Part shown: positions 43,767-53,963 of the stretch, piece by piece
How the letters are laid out: each line of letters begins with the position of its first letter
Position numbering within the stretch: position 1 is the first letter of the stretch
Assembly: GCA_038817485.1 (NCBI GenBank)
Contig: JAWAZL010000002.1
Coordinates: 70,346-134,345 of the forward strand
Length of the DNA: 64,000 bases
Reading direction: 5' to 3'
From: Nitrososphaerota archaeon
Lineage (GTDB): Archaea; Thermoproteota; Nitrososphaeria_A; Caldarchaeales; JAVZCJ01
Program-made: the position numbers and the translations under genes
The notes under the pieces: generated by a model
Seen by the model: only the letters and a program-made list of their open reading frames with translations
Database searches by the model: none
Told to the model about the DNA's origin: nothing

Positions 43767-44054
43767 CTATTGCCTTTTTTCTAATTCTTCACTTAATGAA
43801 GAAATTTCATTAAGTATTTCTTTCATTTTTTTAATAGATTCTTCTAATATATTTCTTGCTGTTAAATTTTTCCCTTTTGTTTTTATTATAAATCTTATAT
43901 CACTTTTTAATGGATGTTCTATTCTATAACCTGCATATTCTACTTCTTCATTTTTTTGAGTTACTTCACTTAAAGCTGCTATTAATGAAACGCCAACATC
44001 TCTAACTATTAATTCTAAGTAATCATTTCTTTCTTTTACTATAGCTATTTCCAT
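43767..44054 (-). CDS. rpoL: RNA polymerase subunit Rpo11 (RpoL)
   Basis: 95 aa. VEYAGYRIEHPLKSDIRFIIKTKG fits the Rpo11 pattern, and the gene sits in the conserved Csl4-RpoL context. Confidence 0.8.
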   Translation of the reverse strand: MEIAIVKERNDYLELIVRDVGVSLIAALSEVTQKNEEVEYAGYRIEHPLKSDIRFIIKTKGKNLTARNILEESIKKMKEILNEISSLSEELEKRQ

Positions 44055-44056
44055 TT

Positions 44057-44644
44057 TTATTTCAACCTAAACCATTCTAAAATTTGTTTAAAGTTATTAT
44101 AATATTTTTTCATTATTTTTCTATCCTGTTTTATTTTACATTTTTTACAATAGAGGTTCTTATTAAGTTTAAGTGGAGAAGCACAAAATTCGCAAAAACA
44201 TAATAAAGCTCCACACTCTTTATCTTTTATTGAAAGAGTTATAATTCCATAAGAATTATCTATAACTTTTGCAATTGCTATATCTCCAATACTTAATAAT
44301 GATTTTTTCTCCTCTTTCTTTCCTTTTTTTATTTTAAGTGGTAAAATTATTCCTGTCATAGGATGTTTTAAAGGTCTTTTATTAACTGAAAGTATATCTA
44401 CAAATATTAAACTATTTTGCACTTCTTTTACTTCACATAAAACATAAGAACTTTTCTCTATAGTTTCTATTTTATTTAAAGGTTCTACTTTTACTATTTT
44501 TGATTTATAATCTACATTTAATAATCCTAAATTGTTTGAAATTATTTCATATTCATTAATATATGTTCCATTTTTTCCTATAAATTCTTCGATTACACCT
44601 ATTTTCTCTCCTGGAACTACGATTCTTTTTTCTATTTTCTTCAT
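44057..44644 (-). CDS. csl4: Exosome RNA-binding subunit Csl4
   Basis: N-terminal VVPGEKIGVIEEF, a central S1-like domain, and a C-terminal Cys ribbon (CFCEFC...CKKC). Confidence 0.8.
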   Translation of the reverse strand: MKKIEKRIVVPGEKIGVIEEFIGKNGTYINEYEIISNNLGLLNVDYKSKIVKVEPLNKIETIEKSSYVLCEVKEVQNSLIFVDILSVNKRPLKHPMTGIILPLKIKKGKKEEKKSLLSIGDIAIAKVIDNSYGIITLSIKDKECGALLCFCEFCASPLKLNKNLYCKKCKIKQDRKIMKKYYNNFKQILEWFRLK

Positions 44645-45672
44645 TTTTCTTCACTTTTAAATGGATGCAAATAATTCAATGAATATATTGTTTTTTCCCA
44701 TTCTAAATAATTTAATGCAATAAGTAATTCACTAGGTAATAATAATGGTTTCTTAAACATAGATTGATCATCTATACTTACTCTTGGACAACAAGTATTT
44801 ATATATGCATCAAAATTCATTTCTTCTAAACGAGTATTTTCAATTTCATTTATTGTAATTAAACTTGATTCTTTATTATTTTTTTTAATAATTTCTTTTA
44901 ATTTTTCAGCCATTTTTATATTTTTTTGTCCGGGTTTTAAGCATATTAATATTCCAATTTTTTTAGCTTTTTTAAATTCCTGAATTTTCATATATCTTTG
45001 TGTAAGTACTTTTTTTGCTAAATCTCCCATATCTAAAGTTTTTCCAATGAATGGTTCTATTGCAATTACATTTTTTTCTGTAATAAGCTTTAATCCTAAA
45101 GCATGGAAAATACTTCCTATAACAATATAAGAATCAATATTTTTCTCAATAATTTTTGCAGTAGAATAATCGCATCCAATTATTTGACCATTGTATTGCG
45201 CTAGTCCACATTTTTTTCCAATAATACCATTTATTCCATATTCTTTTAAAAAATTAATAGTTTTTTTAAGCATTTCAATCCATTGAATTGTAACCGCTAT
45301 TCCTATGTTTCTTCCATTTATTAATGGAATAGCTTTTCTTAAAGTATTTTCTAAAGGTTTAAAATCTTTATAATGATATTCATAATATAAAGTACGTACT
45401 TCATGTTTTGATAAAAATTTTGAATGTCCTATATGAAGAATAAGGTTTGCATTAATATTTTTTGCCTCATTAAATGCTACATCACATCCTCCATAGCACG
45501 GGTTAGCAGAAATAATTGTAGGAATTCCTATATTATTTAATTCATCGCTTACTTTTATAGCAAAATTTTTTAATCCTGCTGGAGATTGTATGAGAATTTT
45601 TGAAGGATTAATTTCTCTAATTTTTTCTATTATTTTTCTTATCCTATTTTCTTCATTTATAACATAATTCAT
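44641..45672 (-). CDS. dph2: Diphthamide synthesis radical-SAM enzyme Dph2
   Basis: 343 aa. The three-domain pattern with conserved Cys (ANPCYGGCD, GCDY, NTCCPR) is typical of archaeal Dph2. The start overlaps the Csl4 stop. Confidence 0.85.
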   Translation of the reverse strand: MNYVINEENRIRKIIEKIREINPSKILIQSPAGLKNFAIKVSDELNNIGIPTIISANPCYGGCDVAFNEAKNINANLILHIGHSKFLSKHEVRTLYYEYHYKDFKPLENTLRKAIPLINGRNIGIAVTIQWIEMLKKTINFLKEYGINGIIGKKCGLAQYNGQIIGCDYSTAKIIEKNIDSYIVIGSIFHALGLKLITEKNVIAIEPFIGKTLDMGDLAKKVLTQRYMKIQEFKKAKKIGILICLKPGQKNIKMAEKLKEIIKKNNKESSLITINEIENTRLEEMNFDAYINTCCPRVSIDDQSMFKKPLLLPSELLIALNYLEWEKTIYSLNYLHPFKSEEK

Positions 45673-45739
45673 ATAATTTCAAACTCCTAGAAAATATAAA
45701 AAATAGAATATTAAATTTAATGAAAGCTTCTAATAATAT

Positions 45740-46174
45740 TTATTTTAGTTTATTTAAAAAATCTATTATTTCCTTTCTTATCTCTTTTAAGTATTCTTCA
45801 TTCCTATTATCCCTATATATTTCCATATATTCTCTAAGTTTTTCTCCAAGATCTATAAAGTAAGAAAATTTAGGGATAGAAAGCATACCTAAATAGCTTA
45901 ATAAAAGAATGGTATAAAAAGATTCTTTAATATTTTTGTATGCTTGTTTTAATGTTCTTAAATATGCCCCTTTTGTAACTTTTTTCTTTCTTAATTTTGC
46001 TTTTTCTTCCAATTTTAATTTTTCATCTAGATTTGATGTAATATATTCAATTAATAAGCTTTCCATTTGTGCTTTTGATAATGAACAATTTTCACATAAA
46101 AGCTTAAATATTAAATCTTTTTTCAAATTTTTTCTAAAATTTTCAATTTCTATACGTAAAGAAGTTTCGCTCAT
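45740..46174 (-). CDS. Hypothetical protein
   Basis: 144 aa ORF with no motif recognised. Confidence 0.3.
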   Translation of the reverse strand: MSETSLRIEIENFRKNLKKDLIFKLLCENCSLSKAQMESLLIEYITSNLDEKLKLEEKAKLRKKKVTKGAYLRTLKQAYKNIKESFYTILLLSYLGMLSIPKFSYFIDLGEKLREYMEIYRDNRNEEYLKEIRKEIIDFLNKLK

Positions 46175-46766
46175 TTATTTCCTCCTATGGAATACAAAAA
46201 TGTAAACCATCCTATCTTAAATATTTTTCTTTTAATAATTTTTACCTCTCATGAAAATAATAAGTAGGAATGTTTTTTGTATATAATTAGAAATTATTTT
46301 TAAACTTTTTTTTAAACTTATAGAATGAAATATATTCTGGGGAAAGTTAAATTATTTTAAAGAATCACTCTAATTTATTAGTGTTTTTAATTAAACATTT
46401 TTGTTCTTCTTCCCTCTATTAAATACATCAAAACTATAAAAATTTAGAAATAAACAATATGTAATCATTTTGGCAATAAACTGATTATTGATTTTCTATT
46501 ACTTCTTATTTTCAAATACTTTGGTAGCAACAATTTTTAACTCATTAATCATTTCTTGATTATATCATACACATTTTATACTCTAGAGAAGTTTTCTTAG
46601 ATAAGTTTTTCTAACACTTTTTTATTCTTTCAAAAATCAATAGTAACATTTATGCATTTTTATCGAAAAGGGAATGTGTGTTTTTTAAAGATTTTTATTA
46701 GGAAGGAAAGCTTTTAAATGTCTAAAGAAAATTCTAATATGTTAATTTTTTATTTGATTCTATTTC

Positions 46767-46916
46767 TTAACCATTTAGGCCTCTTTCTTCTTCTATTCTA
46801 TGAATATTTTGTGAGCCACATTTCGGGCATCTTAAAGGTTTTGGTTGACTATATGGAATTTTTATAATTTCTCTACATTCGTAACATTTAAAATGCTTTA
46901 TCTTTGTAAATCTCAC
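46767..46916 (-). CDS. Small zinc-ribbon protein (49 aa, GTG start)
   Basis: Below the ORF-track size cutoff. Reads (M)RFTKIKHFKCYECREIIKIPYSQPKPLRCPKCGSQNIHRIEEERGLNG. It starts 5 nt after the upstream stop. Confidence 0.45.
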   Translation of the reverse strand: MRFTKIKHFKCYECREIIKIPYSQPKPLRCPKCGSQNIHRIEEERGLNG

Positions 46917-46920
46917 CTAA

Positions 46921-47253
46921 TTATTTTATTAAAGCTTTTTCTTTTAATACATCTATAACTTTTTGACCAGGTTTAACTATTACTTTTTCTATTTTAAGTT
47001 GATCAAGTATTATTGAAGCACCTGGACCTATTTCTCCTGAAATTACCATGTTTACTTTCATATTTGCTAAATATTTAGCTACTATCGACCCTCTATCATG
47101 ATTTAGATTTTTAGCAGGATTTTGTATTACTCCAATATTCTTAATATTATTGCCTTCAATTTCTATAATTATAAAAGTTTTAGAATGTCCAAATTCATAT
47201 GAAACATTATTTTCAAGTCCTTTATTATTAATAGTTGCAATAGCAATTTTAAT
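46921..47253 (-). CDS. NifX/NifB-C-terminal-like (dinitrogenase FeMo-cofactor-binding fold) protein with no canonical start codon
   Basis: The stop-free frame 47268-46921 reads KVYKS-IKIAIATINNKGLENNVSYEFGHSKTFIIIEIEG...MVISGEIGPGA. The position where homologs start (MKIAIA...) is ATT at 47253-47251. No ATG, GTG or TTG occurs before residue 75 or so. Confidence 0.6.
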   Translation of the reverse strand: MKIAIATINNKGLENNVSYEFGHSKTFIIIEIEGNNIKNIGVIQNPAKNLNHDRGSIVAKYLANMKVNMVISGEIGPGASIILDQLKIEKVIVKPGQKVIDVLKEKALIK

Positions 47254-47268
47254 AGACTTATATACCTT

Positions 47269-47460
47269 TTATTTCTTTTCTTGAATTGCTCTTTTTATTT
47301 CTTCAATACGTTTGTTTATTTCAGATATTTGCATTTCTAGATCTTTCCTTAAATCTTCTAAAGCTTTTAATTCTTCTCTTGGGTCTATTGAATATGGATA
47401 TGGCAAATAATAATATCTTGCCCATGCAGGAGGCCATGGATGTCTTGGACACCACACCAT
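47269..47460 (-). CDS. DUF5320-like small coiled-coil protein
   Basis: A Pro/Trp/Tyr-rich N-terminus followed by EELKALEDLRKDLEMQISEINKRIEEIK. This family commonly neighbours NifX-like and DUF134 genes. Confidence 0.5.
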   Translation of the reverse strand: MVWCPRHPWPPAWARYYYLPYPYSIDPREELKALEDLRKDLEMQISEINKRIEEIKRAIQEKK

Positions 47461-47559
47461 CCTCTAGGCCAATACCACCCTCTCATTTAACCACCCATTT
47501 CGTGATATTTCACATAATTACATAGTAATATTTAAATTTTTATGATATATCTCATAATT

Positions 47560-47877
47560 ATGTTTCATAGGCGTTGGTGTAAAAGATATAGACATGGAAA
47601 AGTTGGAAGAGCGCCAAAACCTATTATAATAGCTTCTATTCCTAGTATTGAAAAGATTAAACCGATTCCAGAAAAGAATTTAGAAGCTATTTATATAGAA
47701 TTAGCTGAAATCGAAGCTTTAAGGCTTATAGATTTGGAAAAATTATCTCTTGAAGAAGCTGGCTTAAAAATGGGGATTTCAAGAAATACTGTTTGGAGAC
47801 TTGTTGAAAATGCAAGAGAAAAATTGATAAAAGCAATAATTGAAGGTAGAGAGATTATAATAAAAAAAGAGGAATAA
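47560..47877 (+). CDS. DUF134 (UPF0251) predicted DNA-binding protein
   Basis: IELAEIEALRLIDLEKLSLEEAGLKMGISRNTVWRLVENAREKLIKAIIEG fits the DUF134 sigma-70-region-4-like pattern. Confidence 0.7.
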   Translation: MFHRRWCKRYRHGKVGRAPKPIIIASIPSIEKIKPIPEKNLEAIYIELAEIEALRLIDLEKLSLEEAGLKMGISRNTVWRLVENAREKLIKAIIEGREIIIKKEE

Positions 47878-48038
47878 TCTTTTTCTTTATTTAATAATAA
47901 ATCTTATAGTTTTGAAATTTTCATTAATTAATTAATTACTTAATATAACATTGTTATTATAGGTATTCCATTATAAATCAATATTTTAAGATATTTATAA
48001 AAAGTTTATAAATTATAATTGAAATATTATTTAAGAAA

Positions 48039-49219
48039 ATGAATTGGAGAAATATTGTTGAATTAATAAAAATGTATATTGGGTTGGAGTTAGAGATTGG
48101 AATAGAAGAATTTTTGATGCATTGATTACTCTTCCAAAAGGTACTACTTATAATGCTTATTTAATAATAGGTAAAGATAAAAAAGCATTAATAGATACTG
48201 TAAATCCAGGATTTGAAATAGAGCTTGAAGAGAAAATTAAGCAAATAATAGACCCTAAAGATTTAGATTATGTGATAATGAATCATGCTGAACCTGATCA
48301 TGCAGGCTCTATTCCTCATATTATGAATTTGAGTAATAAAGCTAAACTTATTGTAACTAAAAGAGGTGCAAAAATGGCACAAATATTCTATAAAGTTCCT
48401 GAAGAAAGAATTGTGATTGTTACAGATGGAAATACTATTGATTTAGGTGATAAAACATTAAAATTTATTGAAGCGCCAATGCTTCATTGGCCTGAAACAA
48501 TGTTTACTTATCTTCAAGAAAATGGGATACTTTTTCCATGCGATTTTTTTGGCTCTCACATAGCTGGTGGTCTTTATGATGAAGAAGTAGAAGATGTGCT
48601 ATCTTTAGCACAAAAATATTTTGGAGAAATAATGATGCCATTTAGAATTATGGTTAAAAATGGTTTAGAGAAGATAAAAAATTTAAAAATAAATATCATA
48701 GCTCCAAGCCATGGTCCAATATACAAAAATCCAGAGAGAATTATAAATGCTTATTATAAATGGGCAAATGGAGAAACAAAAAATAAGGCTGTGATAATCT
48801 ATGTAACAATGTGGGGAAGTACAGAATCTATTGTTAAATTGATAGTTGAAACTTTAGCATCTGAGGGTATAGAAGTAGCTTTGCATAATCTTTTAATAGC
48901 AGATATTGGAGAAATAGCTAAAGATTTAGTAGATTCTAGAGCAATAATTTTAGGGGCTCCTGCAGTATTAGGTGGTGCACATCCTTTAGCAATATATGCT
49001 GCTTATTTGATTAGAGTTTTGCAACCATCTGCAAAATTTTGTGCTATTTTTAGCTCATATGGTTGGGGTGGAGGTGCAATAAGAAATCTTAAAGAAATAA
49101 TCAGCCCTTTAAAAATTGAAATAATCGATACCTTGGAAATAAATGGACCGCTATCAAAAAATGATGAAATGAAAATTATTGAATTAAGCAAGAAAATTGC
49201 TGAAAAAATAAAAATGTAA
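48039..49219 (+). CDS. fprA: Flavodiiron protein (metallo-beta-lactamase plus flavodoxin domains) with an apparent frameshift near the 5' end
   Basis: GTTYNAYLI, MNHAEPDHAGS and a C-terminal flavodoxin-like domain. The conserved N-terminal NVYWVGVRDWNRRIFD is encoded upstream of the tracked TTG start, one base out of frame with ATG 48039. Confidence 0.8.
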
Positions 49220-49289
49220 AAATGAAAAATTAAATCTAACTCTTCATTTTAAGCGGATTATTTAATAAAAATTATAATATTTTTTAAAA

Positions 49290-49385
49290 TGCAGGGGGTG
49301 GGATTTGAACCCACGATGGCTTGCGCCAATGTCTACGCCACCGGGTCCTAAGCCCGGCCCCATACCAAGCTAGGGAAACCCCTGC
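49290..49385 (-). tRNA. tRNA-Leu(UAG), class II, with a roughly 12 nt insertion in the variable arm
   Basis: Reverse strand: acceptor GCAGGGG/CCCCTGC, anticodon arm CCGGG-CTTAGGA-CCCGG, T arm GTGGG-TTCAAAT-CCCAC. The variable region is 26 nt (TGGCGTAGACATTGGCGCAAGCCATC), against about 14 nt expected. Confidence 0.8.
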
Positions 49386-49576
49386 TCTTCTTAATTAAAG
49401 AGATAGATTCTATTATTTATTTTTTAAATTAAAAATAAAGGAGAAAGGTTTATTATTTAAGAATTTCAAAATATATTTCTTATTCTTTTTTAATAAAAAA
49501 TCTAAGATATTCTTAAAACCTATTATGATTAAATAAATACTTTTAATGCTTAAAAAATTTTATAAAATTAAAAAAC

Positions 49577-49924
49577 TTGATAAAGATGAAAAAGTTGAAT
49601 ATTATGAAAATTTTAAAATGGTTAATAAAATTAGATAGAATTTTACGTTGGATTTTAGTTATTATTCTTTTAATAGAAATACTAAGTGGATATTGTCTTA
49701 TTAAACCATATATTATAGAAAGAGTGACTTTTAATTTAATTAATAGATACAATTCATATTTTCTTCATACTTTACTTGATTTTCCAATTTTTATTCTTGC
49801 AAGTTTTCATGCATGTTTATATATTCATCAATATTATAAAATTAAATACAAAGAAATTTCTTATGCAATTATTATTTTATTCATAATTATTAATTTAATT
49901 CTTATAATTATTGAATTTGGTTAA
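49577..49924 (+). CDS. Hypothetical membrane protein
   Basis: 115 aa, very hydrophobic and AT-rich. Could be spurious. Confidence 0.3.
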   Translation: MIKMKKLNIMKILKWLIKLDRILRWILVIILLIEILSGYCLIKPYIIERVTFNLINRYNSYFLHTLLDFPIFILASFHACLYIHQYYKIKYKEISYAIIILFIIINLILIIIEFG

Positions 49925-50016
49925 TAAAAATTAATCTCTAATCCAAAATAATGACATCTTCACTTGAGGTTTTTCAGTAATATCTTCATAATCACGAATA
50001 TAAGTTATAATTAGTT

Positions 50017-50469
50017 TTATAGTAAATATTCTTTAAGCATTTCTAATATTTCCCTTTCTATAGAAGAAATATAATTGAAAGCATCTTCTGCAGTTGATCT
50101 TCTGCTTTTATATTCAACGAATAATCTTCTATACCAATAAATTGCATCATTTATTTTAATTCTTAAAAAGCCTAAATGTTTAAGCTTATCTGGAAAATTT
50201 CTTAAATTTGGAAGCATAAGTATAAAATCAACAAATACAAACCTTTCAGAATTAGCATAATCATTTCCTGTTTCTAAATCGAAAGAAATGCAAAGTAGCT
50301 TATCAGGGGATAAAAATGAAATTCTTTCTTTACTTGGGAATTTTATTCTTTCATAGCCTAACCTTTTTAAAATTGGCAAAAAATATTCTTTAACAAAGCC
50401 TTTTCTAATTAATCTAGTAGTTTTTGCTTCACTACTACCTCTTTTTACCCATTTGTCTATTTTCTCCAC
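50017..50469 (-). CDS. Hypothetical protein
   Basis: 150 aa ORF with no motif recognised. Confidence 0.35.
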   Translation of the reverse strand: MEKIDKWVKRGSSEAKTTRLIRKGFVKEYFLPILKRLGYERIKFPSKERISFLSPDKLLCISFDLETGNDYANSERFVFVDFILMLPNLRNFPDKLKHLGFLRIKINDAIYWYRRLFVEYKSRRSTAEDAFNYISSIEREILEMLKEYLL

Positions 50470-50802
50470 AGTTAGAGAAAAATATGAAAAATATTTATGT
50501 CTTTCTCTTTTTTAGAAGAGATTAACAAATTGTTTGATTTTTTAAGTATTAGAAATTTATGAAAAAGTGATAAATCATAAATTCAATTTTAGAAAATTAA
50601 AAATAGAAATAAGTGAAAAATAGAGTGTTACATAAAGAGTTTTGAAAAAGAATTTTTATATTTTATAGATTTTCATTCAAACTTTTAATTTTATTTCACT
50701 TGAATCTTAAATTATGAAATTTTTTATTTCAATAAAAGATATCTAAAAAATCTAGATAACCTTTATATACTGCCTTTCTTTACTACATTTTAGGTGGTTA
50801 TA

Positions 50803-51033
50803 ATGAGTAAGTATATTACGGTTTCCACAAAGGTAAGAAAAGAACTTAAGGAAGAAGCTGAAAAACTTGGTATAAAAATTTCTGAAGTTCTTAGACGTGC
50901 GCTTGAAGAAGAAGTTAAAAAAGAAAAGCTTAAGAGATTAGAGAAAAAGCTTAGCGATATTAGTAATGTGCTTGATAAAATTAACATGGATAATATTGTG
51001 AGAGGCATTAGAGAAGATAGGGAGAATAGATGA
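50803..51033 (+). CDS. vapB: VapB-type antitoxin (ribbon-helix-helix-like)
   Basis: MSKYITVSTKVRKELKEEAEKLGIKISEVLRRALEEE. AGGTGG lies 6 nt upstream of ATG 50803, and the stop overlaps the vapC start (ATGA). Confidence 0.65.
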   Translation: MSKYITVSTKVRKELKEEAEKLGIKISEVLRRALEEEVKKEKLKRLEKKLSDISNVLDKINMDNIVRGIREDRENR

Positions 51034-51428
51034 AAAACCTACTTTTTGATGCTTCTTCATTAATATATTCATTGAAAAAAAGAAATTTAAAACAGCTTTA
51101 TAATAATTATATTCAATTTTTAACAATTTATGAAGTAATAAATGCTATATGGAGAGAAAGTTACTTAAATAAAGCAATAACTATTGAAGAAGCAAGAGAG
51201 CTTATGAGTATATTTAATGAAGTTATAGAACTTATGAAGATGATTGATCCTCATGAGTGTGAGAAAGAAATACTAGAAATCGCATGGAAATTAGGAATAA
51301 CTGCTTATGATGCATCATATATAGTGCTTGCAAAAAAGCATAACTTAATATTGGTAAGCGAAGATGAAAAATTAAAAAGAAAAGTTGGTAAAATTATAAA
51401 AATTGTTAGCTTAAAAGAATTATCTTAG
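51030..51428 (+). CDS. vapC: PIN-domain toxin VapC
   Basis: Acidic residues are in PIN spacing: LLFDASSLIY, TIYEVINAIWRE, ITAYDASYI, LVSEDEKL. Confidence 0.75.
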   Translation: MKNLLFDASSLIYSLKKRNLKQLYNNYIQFLTIYEVINAIWRESYLNKAITIEEARELMSIFNEVIELMKMIDPHECEKEILEIAWKLGITAYDASYIVLAKKHNLILVSEDEKLKRKVGKIIKIVSLKELS

Positions 51429-51678
51429 TTCATGATCATTATTTGTTTTTTAATATTTAAAGAAATTAGGTTTGGAATTATAATAGCCTAGTCCATTGGT
51501 TTATTTCATATTTTCTTTTTCAACAATTTTTAATGTTATTTCATTTAAAACTTTAATTATAAAATTTCTAAATTCTTCTTTATTCAAAATAATAAAAGGT
51601 GGACTAGATTTTATTCTAAGCATATCAAGTATATTACGAAGCATATCACACTTTCTTATTATTCTTTTCTCTATTAAA

Positions 51679-52599
51679 TTATCTAAAAAGCTTAATGAAT
51701 TTTTCTTCAGGTATGTTAAAATTATTTAAAATTCTTTTTGCTTCTCTTTTGCTAAAATCTTTATATCTAAAACTTTTTATTAATATTGAAAGTAATCCAA
51801 ACATTTCTATTTCTTCATCGATTTTAACATCATGTACTTTTTCCATAAGTAGATATGTAGTTTCAGGTGGAGCTTTGTATTCTTCTCCTAAAAAAGATAA
51901 TCCTCTAGTATGAGTTTTTAATACCGCTAAACCTAAATCACAAAGTATGTTAAAGAATTTTTTTATATGAGTTGCACATTCTTTATATTGACTTATTGAT
52001 TTAGCAAATATGATGTGAGTTCTATTTATTTTATCAATTAAATCATATTCTTGAAGATACTCTGCTGGTTTTCTTAGCTTTTTCCATTTTCTTGCTATTT
52101 CTAACATTATCTCAAAACTTTCTATGAGAATTACATCAGGTATTAGCCCATCAATTGTTAAAGGCTTAAGCTCATAGCGTAAATAATTACCTTTTTCTAT
52201 TGATGAAAGGATTGTTACATAAATAAGTTTCTTTGGAAATTTTTTAATTTGATTTTCAATTTCAATCGCATTTTCTTTAATATGCTTTAAGAATGCTTGA
52301 GAGCCAAGTCTTCTTCCTAAATCTGTAATTGATTTATAATATACCAAAGGGGTTTTAGATTTCTCCGAGTTCCAAGGTTCTCCTTCTTTAATTAATTCAT
52401 AATTTTCAAGCATTTTAAGCGTTTCTTCATTTAATGGAGGAGTAAAAGATCCTTTCATTATTTCAGGTTTATAAGGAATTAAATTAGCTGTATAAACACA
52501 TTTTAAAATTTTTAAAAAATTTTCAATATCTATGCCTTGAGATTTAATTTTTAAAAGAAAAGATTCCAAATCTTCATAATCTTTAGAATTATTAAACAT
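51679..52599 (-). CDS. Hypothetical protein
   Basis: 306 aa ORF with no catalytic motif recognised. Confidence 0.35.
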   Translation of the reverse strand: MFNNSKDYEDLESFLLKIKSQGIDIENFLKILKCVYTANLIPYKPEIMKGSFTPPLNEETLKMLENYELIKEGEPWNSEKSKTPLVYYKSITDLGRRLGSQAFLKHIKENAIEIENQIKKFPKKLIYVTILSSIEKGNYLRYELKPLTIDGLIPDVILIESFEIMLEIARKWKKLRKPAEYLQEYDLIDKINRTHIIFAKSISQYKECATHIKKFFNILCDLGLAVLKTHTRGLSFLGEEYKAPPETTYLLMEKVHDVKIDEEIEMFGLLSILIKSFRYKDFSKREAKRILNNFNIPEEKFIKLFR

Positions 52600-52811
52600 A
52601 AAAATCGCTTTTCTATATTTTAAAGATAAATAGGAATTTATTAATTTTTTGAATATCTATATATTTCTTATAGGCTTAAAGAATCTTGATAAGAAATACT
52701 TTTAGATATGTTTAATTACTATTTCTGTTTAATATAATGTTATTTCTTTTAATAACAATTCCATTATATTTTGTCATAATATTATCTTTTGTTTTTTTTA
52801 TTTTTTTAATT

Positions 52812-53963
52812 TCATATTTTTCTTTTCTTAAAAAGAGTATAATATAATAAGAGAGCAATTATAATTACAATAATAAATAAAAATATTGGAATAATATATT
52901 GTTCAATTTCAAATTTTTCTTTAGGCACTTCTTTAGATGTTTGAATTGTTTTTGTTATTTCCGTTTCTTCGATTATCGAAGTTGTTTCAAAAATTGAAGT
53001 TGTAGCTTCGATTGTTTCAGTTACACTTGATATATATTCAGTTTTCTTTGAAAAATTCATCGTAGGACTAATTAATGGATAATTATCTTTATTATTTTCA
53101 TCAATAATATATGGTACATCTCCTATTCCATCATTATTTAAATCTCTTCCTTTATAATCACTCCAATAATTTCCTATAGAACCATTATCCCATTTATTTA
53201 TCGAATTAAAAAGGTAAATTTGCCTAAATTTATTATAATAAATTAAGTTGTTTGAAGAAGATTCAAGATAAATATCTATTTCTTTATTTTCTAATATTTC
53301 ATTTTTAGATACAATATTATTGAAAGAGAAATAAAAATTGATACCAAAATTATTTTTTAATATTTTATTTTTATATACTATACTGTTTGAAGAAAATCCG
53401 AGACGGATACCTATTTCCTTATTTCCTAATATTTCATTTTCAAATATAATGTTATTGGAAGAATCAAGAAGATGAATGCCCACTTCCTTATTTTCTGAAA
53501 TTTCATTTCCAAATATAACATTTTTTGAGGATACATCAAGCCAAATACTATATTTATTTTTTAATATTTTATTTTCGGATATTATATTATTTGAAGAATT
53601 ATAAAGAAGAATGCCCCAAGTAAAGTTTTTAATTTTAATATTTTTTATTGTTATATTTTTTTTATTCTTTAGAAGTATTCCAGTGTAACTACCATTTCCT
53701 TCTAATGTATATCCATTCCCATCTAATATGATATTATCTCTTTCTATAATGAGTCCATTAGCTTTTGTTTTAATATTATCTGTTAATACGTATGTTATAT
53801 TATCTTCTGTTTTTATTGGTGCATTTGATGGCTCTATCGATCCATCTTCTTTGATATAAATTGGTTCATAAATTTCTATTGATTTAGCTATTTTTATATT
53901 GAATAATAGAATTGAGAAGATAATCATTAATATTAAGAATGTTGAATGTATTTTTATTTTCAT
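52812..53963 (-). CDS. Cell-surface right-handed beta-helix (PbH1/NosD-like) repeat protein
   Basis: N-terminal signal/TM segment, about ten 22 aa repeats (NNIIxxNxIxxNxxxGIxL), a DLNNDGIGDVPY motif, a Thr/Glu-rich linker and a C-terminal TM anchor. Confidence 0.65.
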   Translation of the reverse strand: MKIKIHSTFLILMIIFSILLFNIKIAKSIEIYEPIYIKEDGSIEPSNAPIKTEDNITYVLTDNIKTKANGLIIERDNIILDGNGYTLEGNGSYTGILLKNKKNITIKNIKIKNFTWGILLYNSSNNIISENKILKNKYSIWLDVSSKNVIFGNEISENKEVGIHLLDSSNNIIFENEILGNKEIGIRLGFSSNSIVYKNKILKNNFGINFYFSFNNIVSKNEILENKEIDIYLESSSNNLIYYNKFRQIYLFNSINKWDNGSIGNYWSDYKGRDLNNDGIGDVPYIIDENNKDNYPLISPTMNFSKKTEYISSVTETIEATTSIFETTSIIEETEITKTIQTSKEVPKEKFEIEQYIIPIFLFIIVIIIALLLYYTLFKKRKI

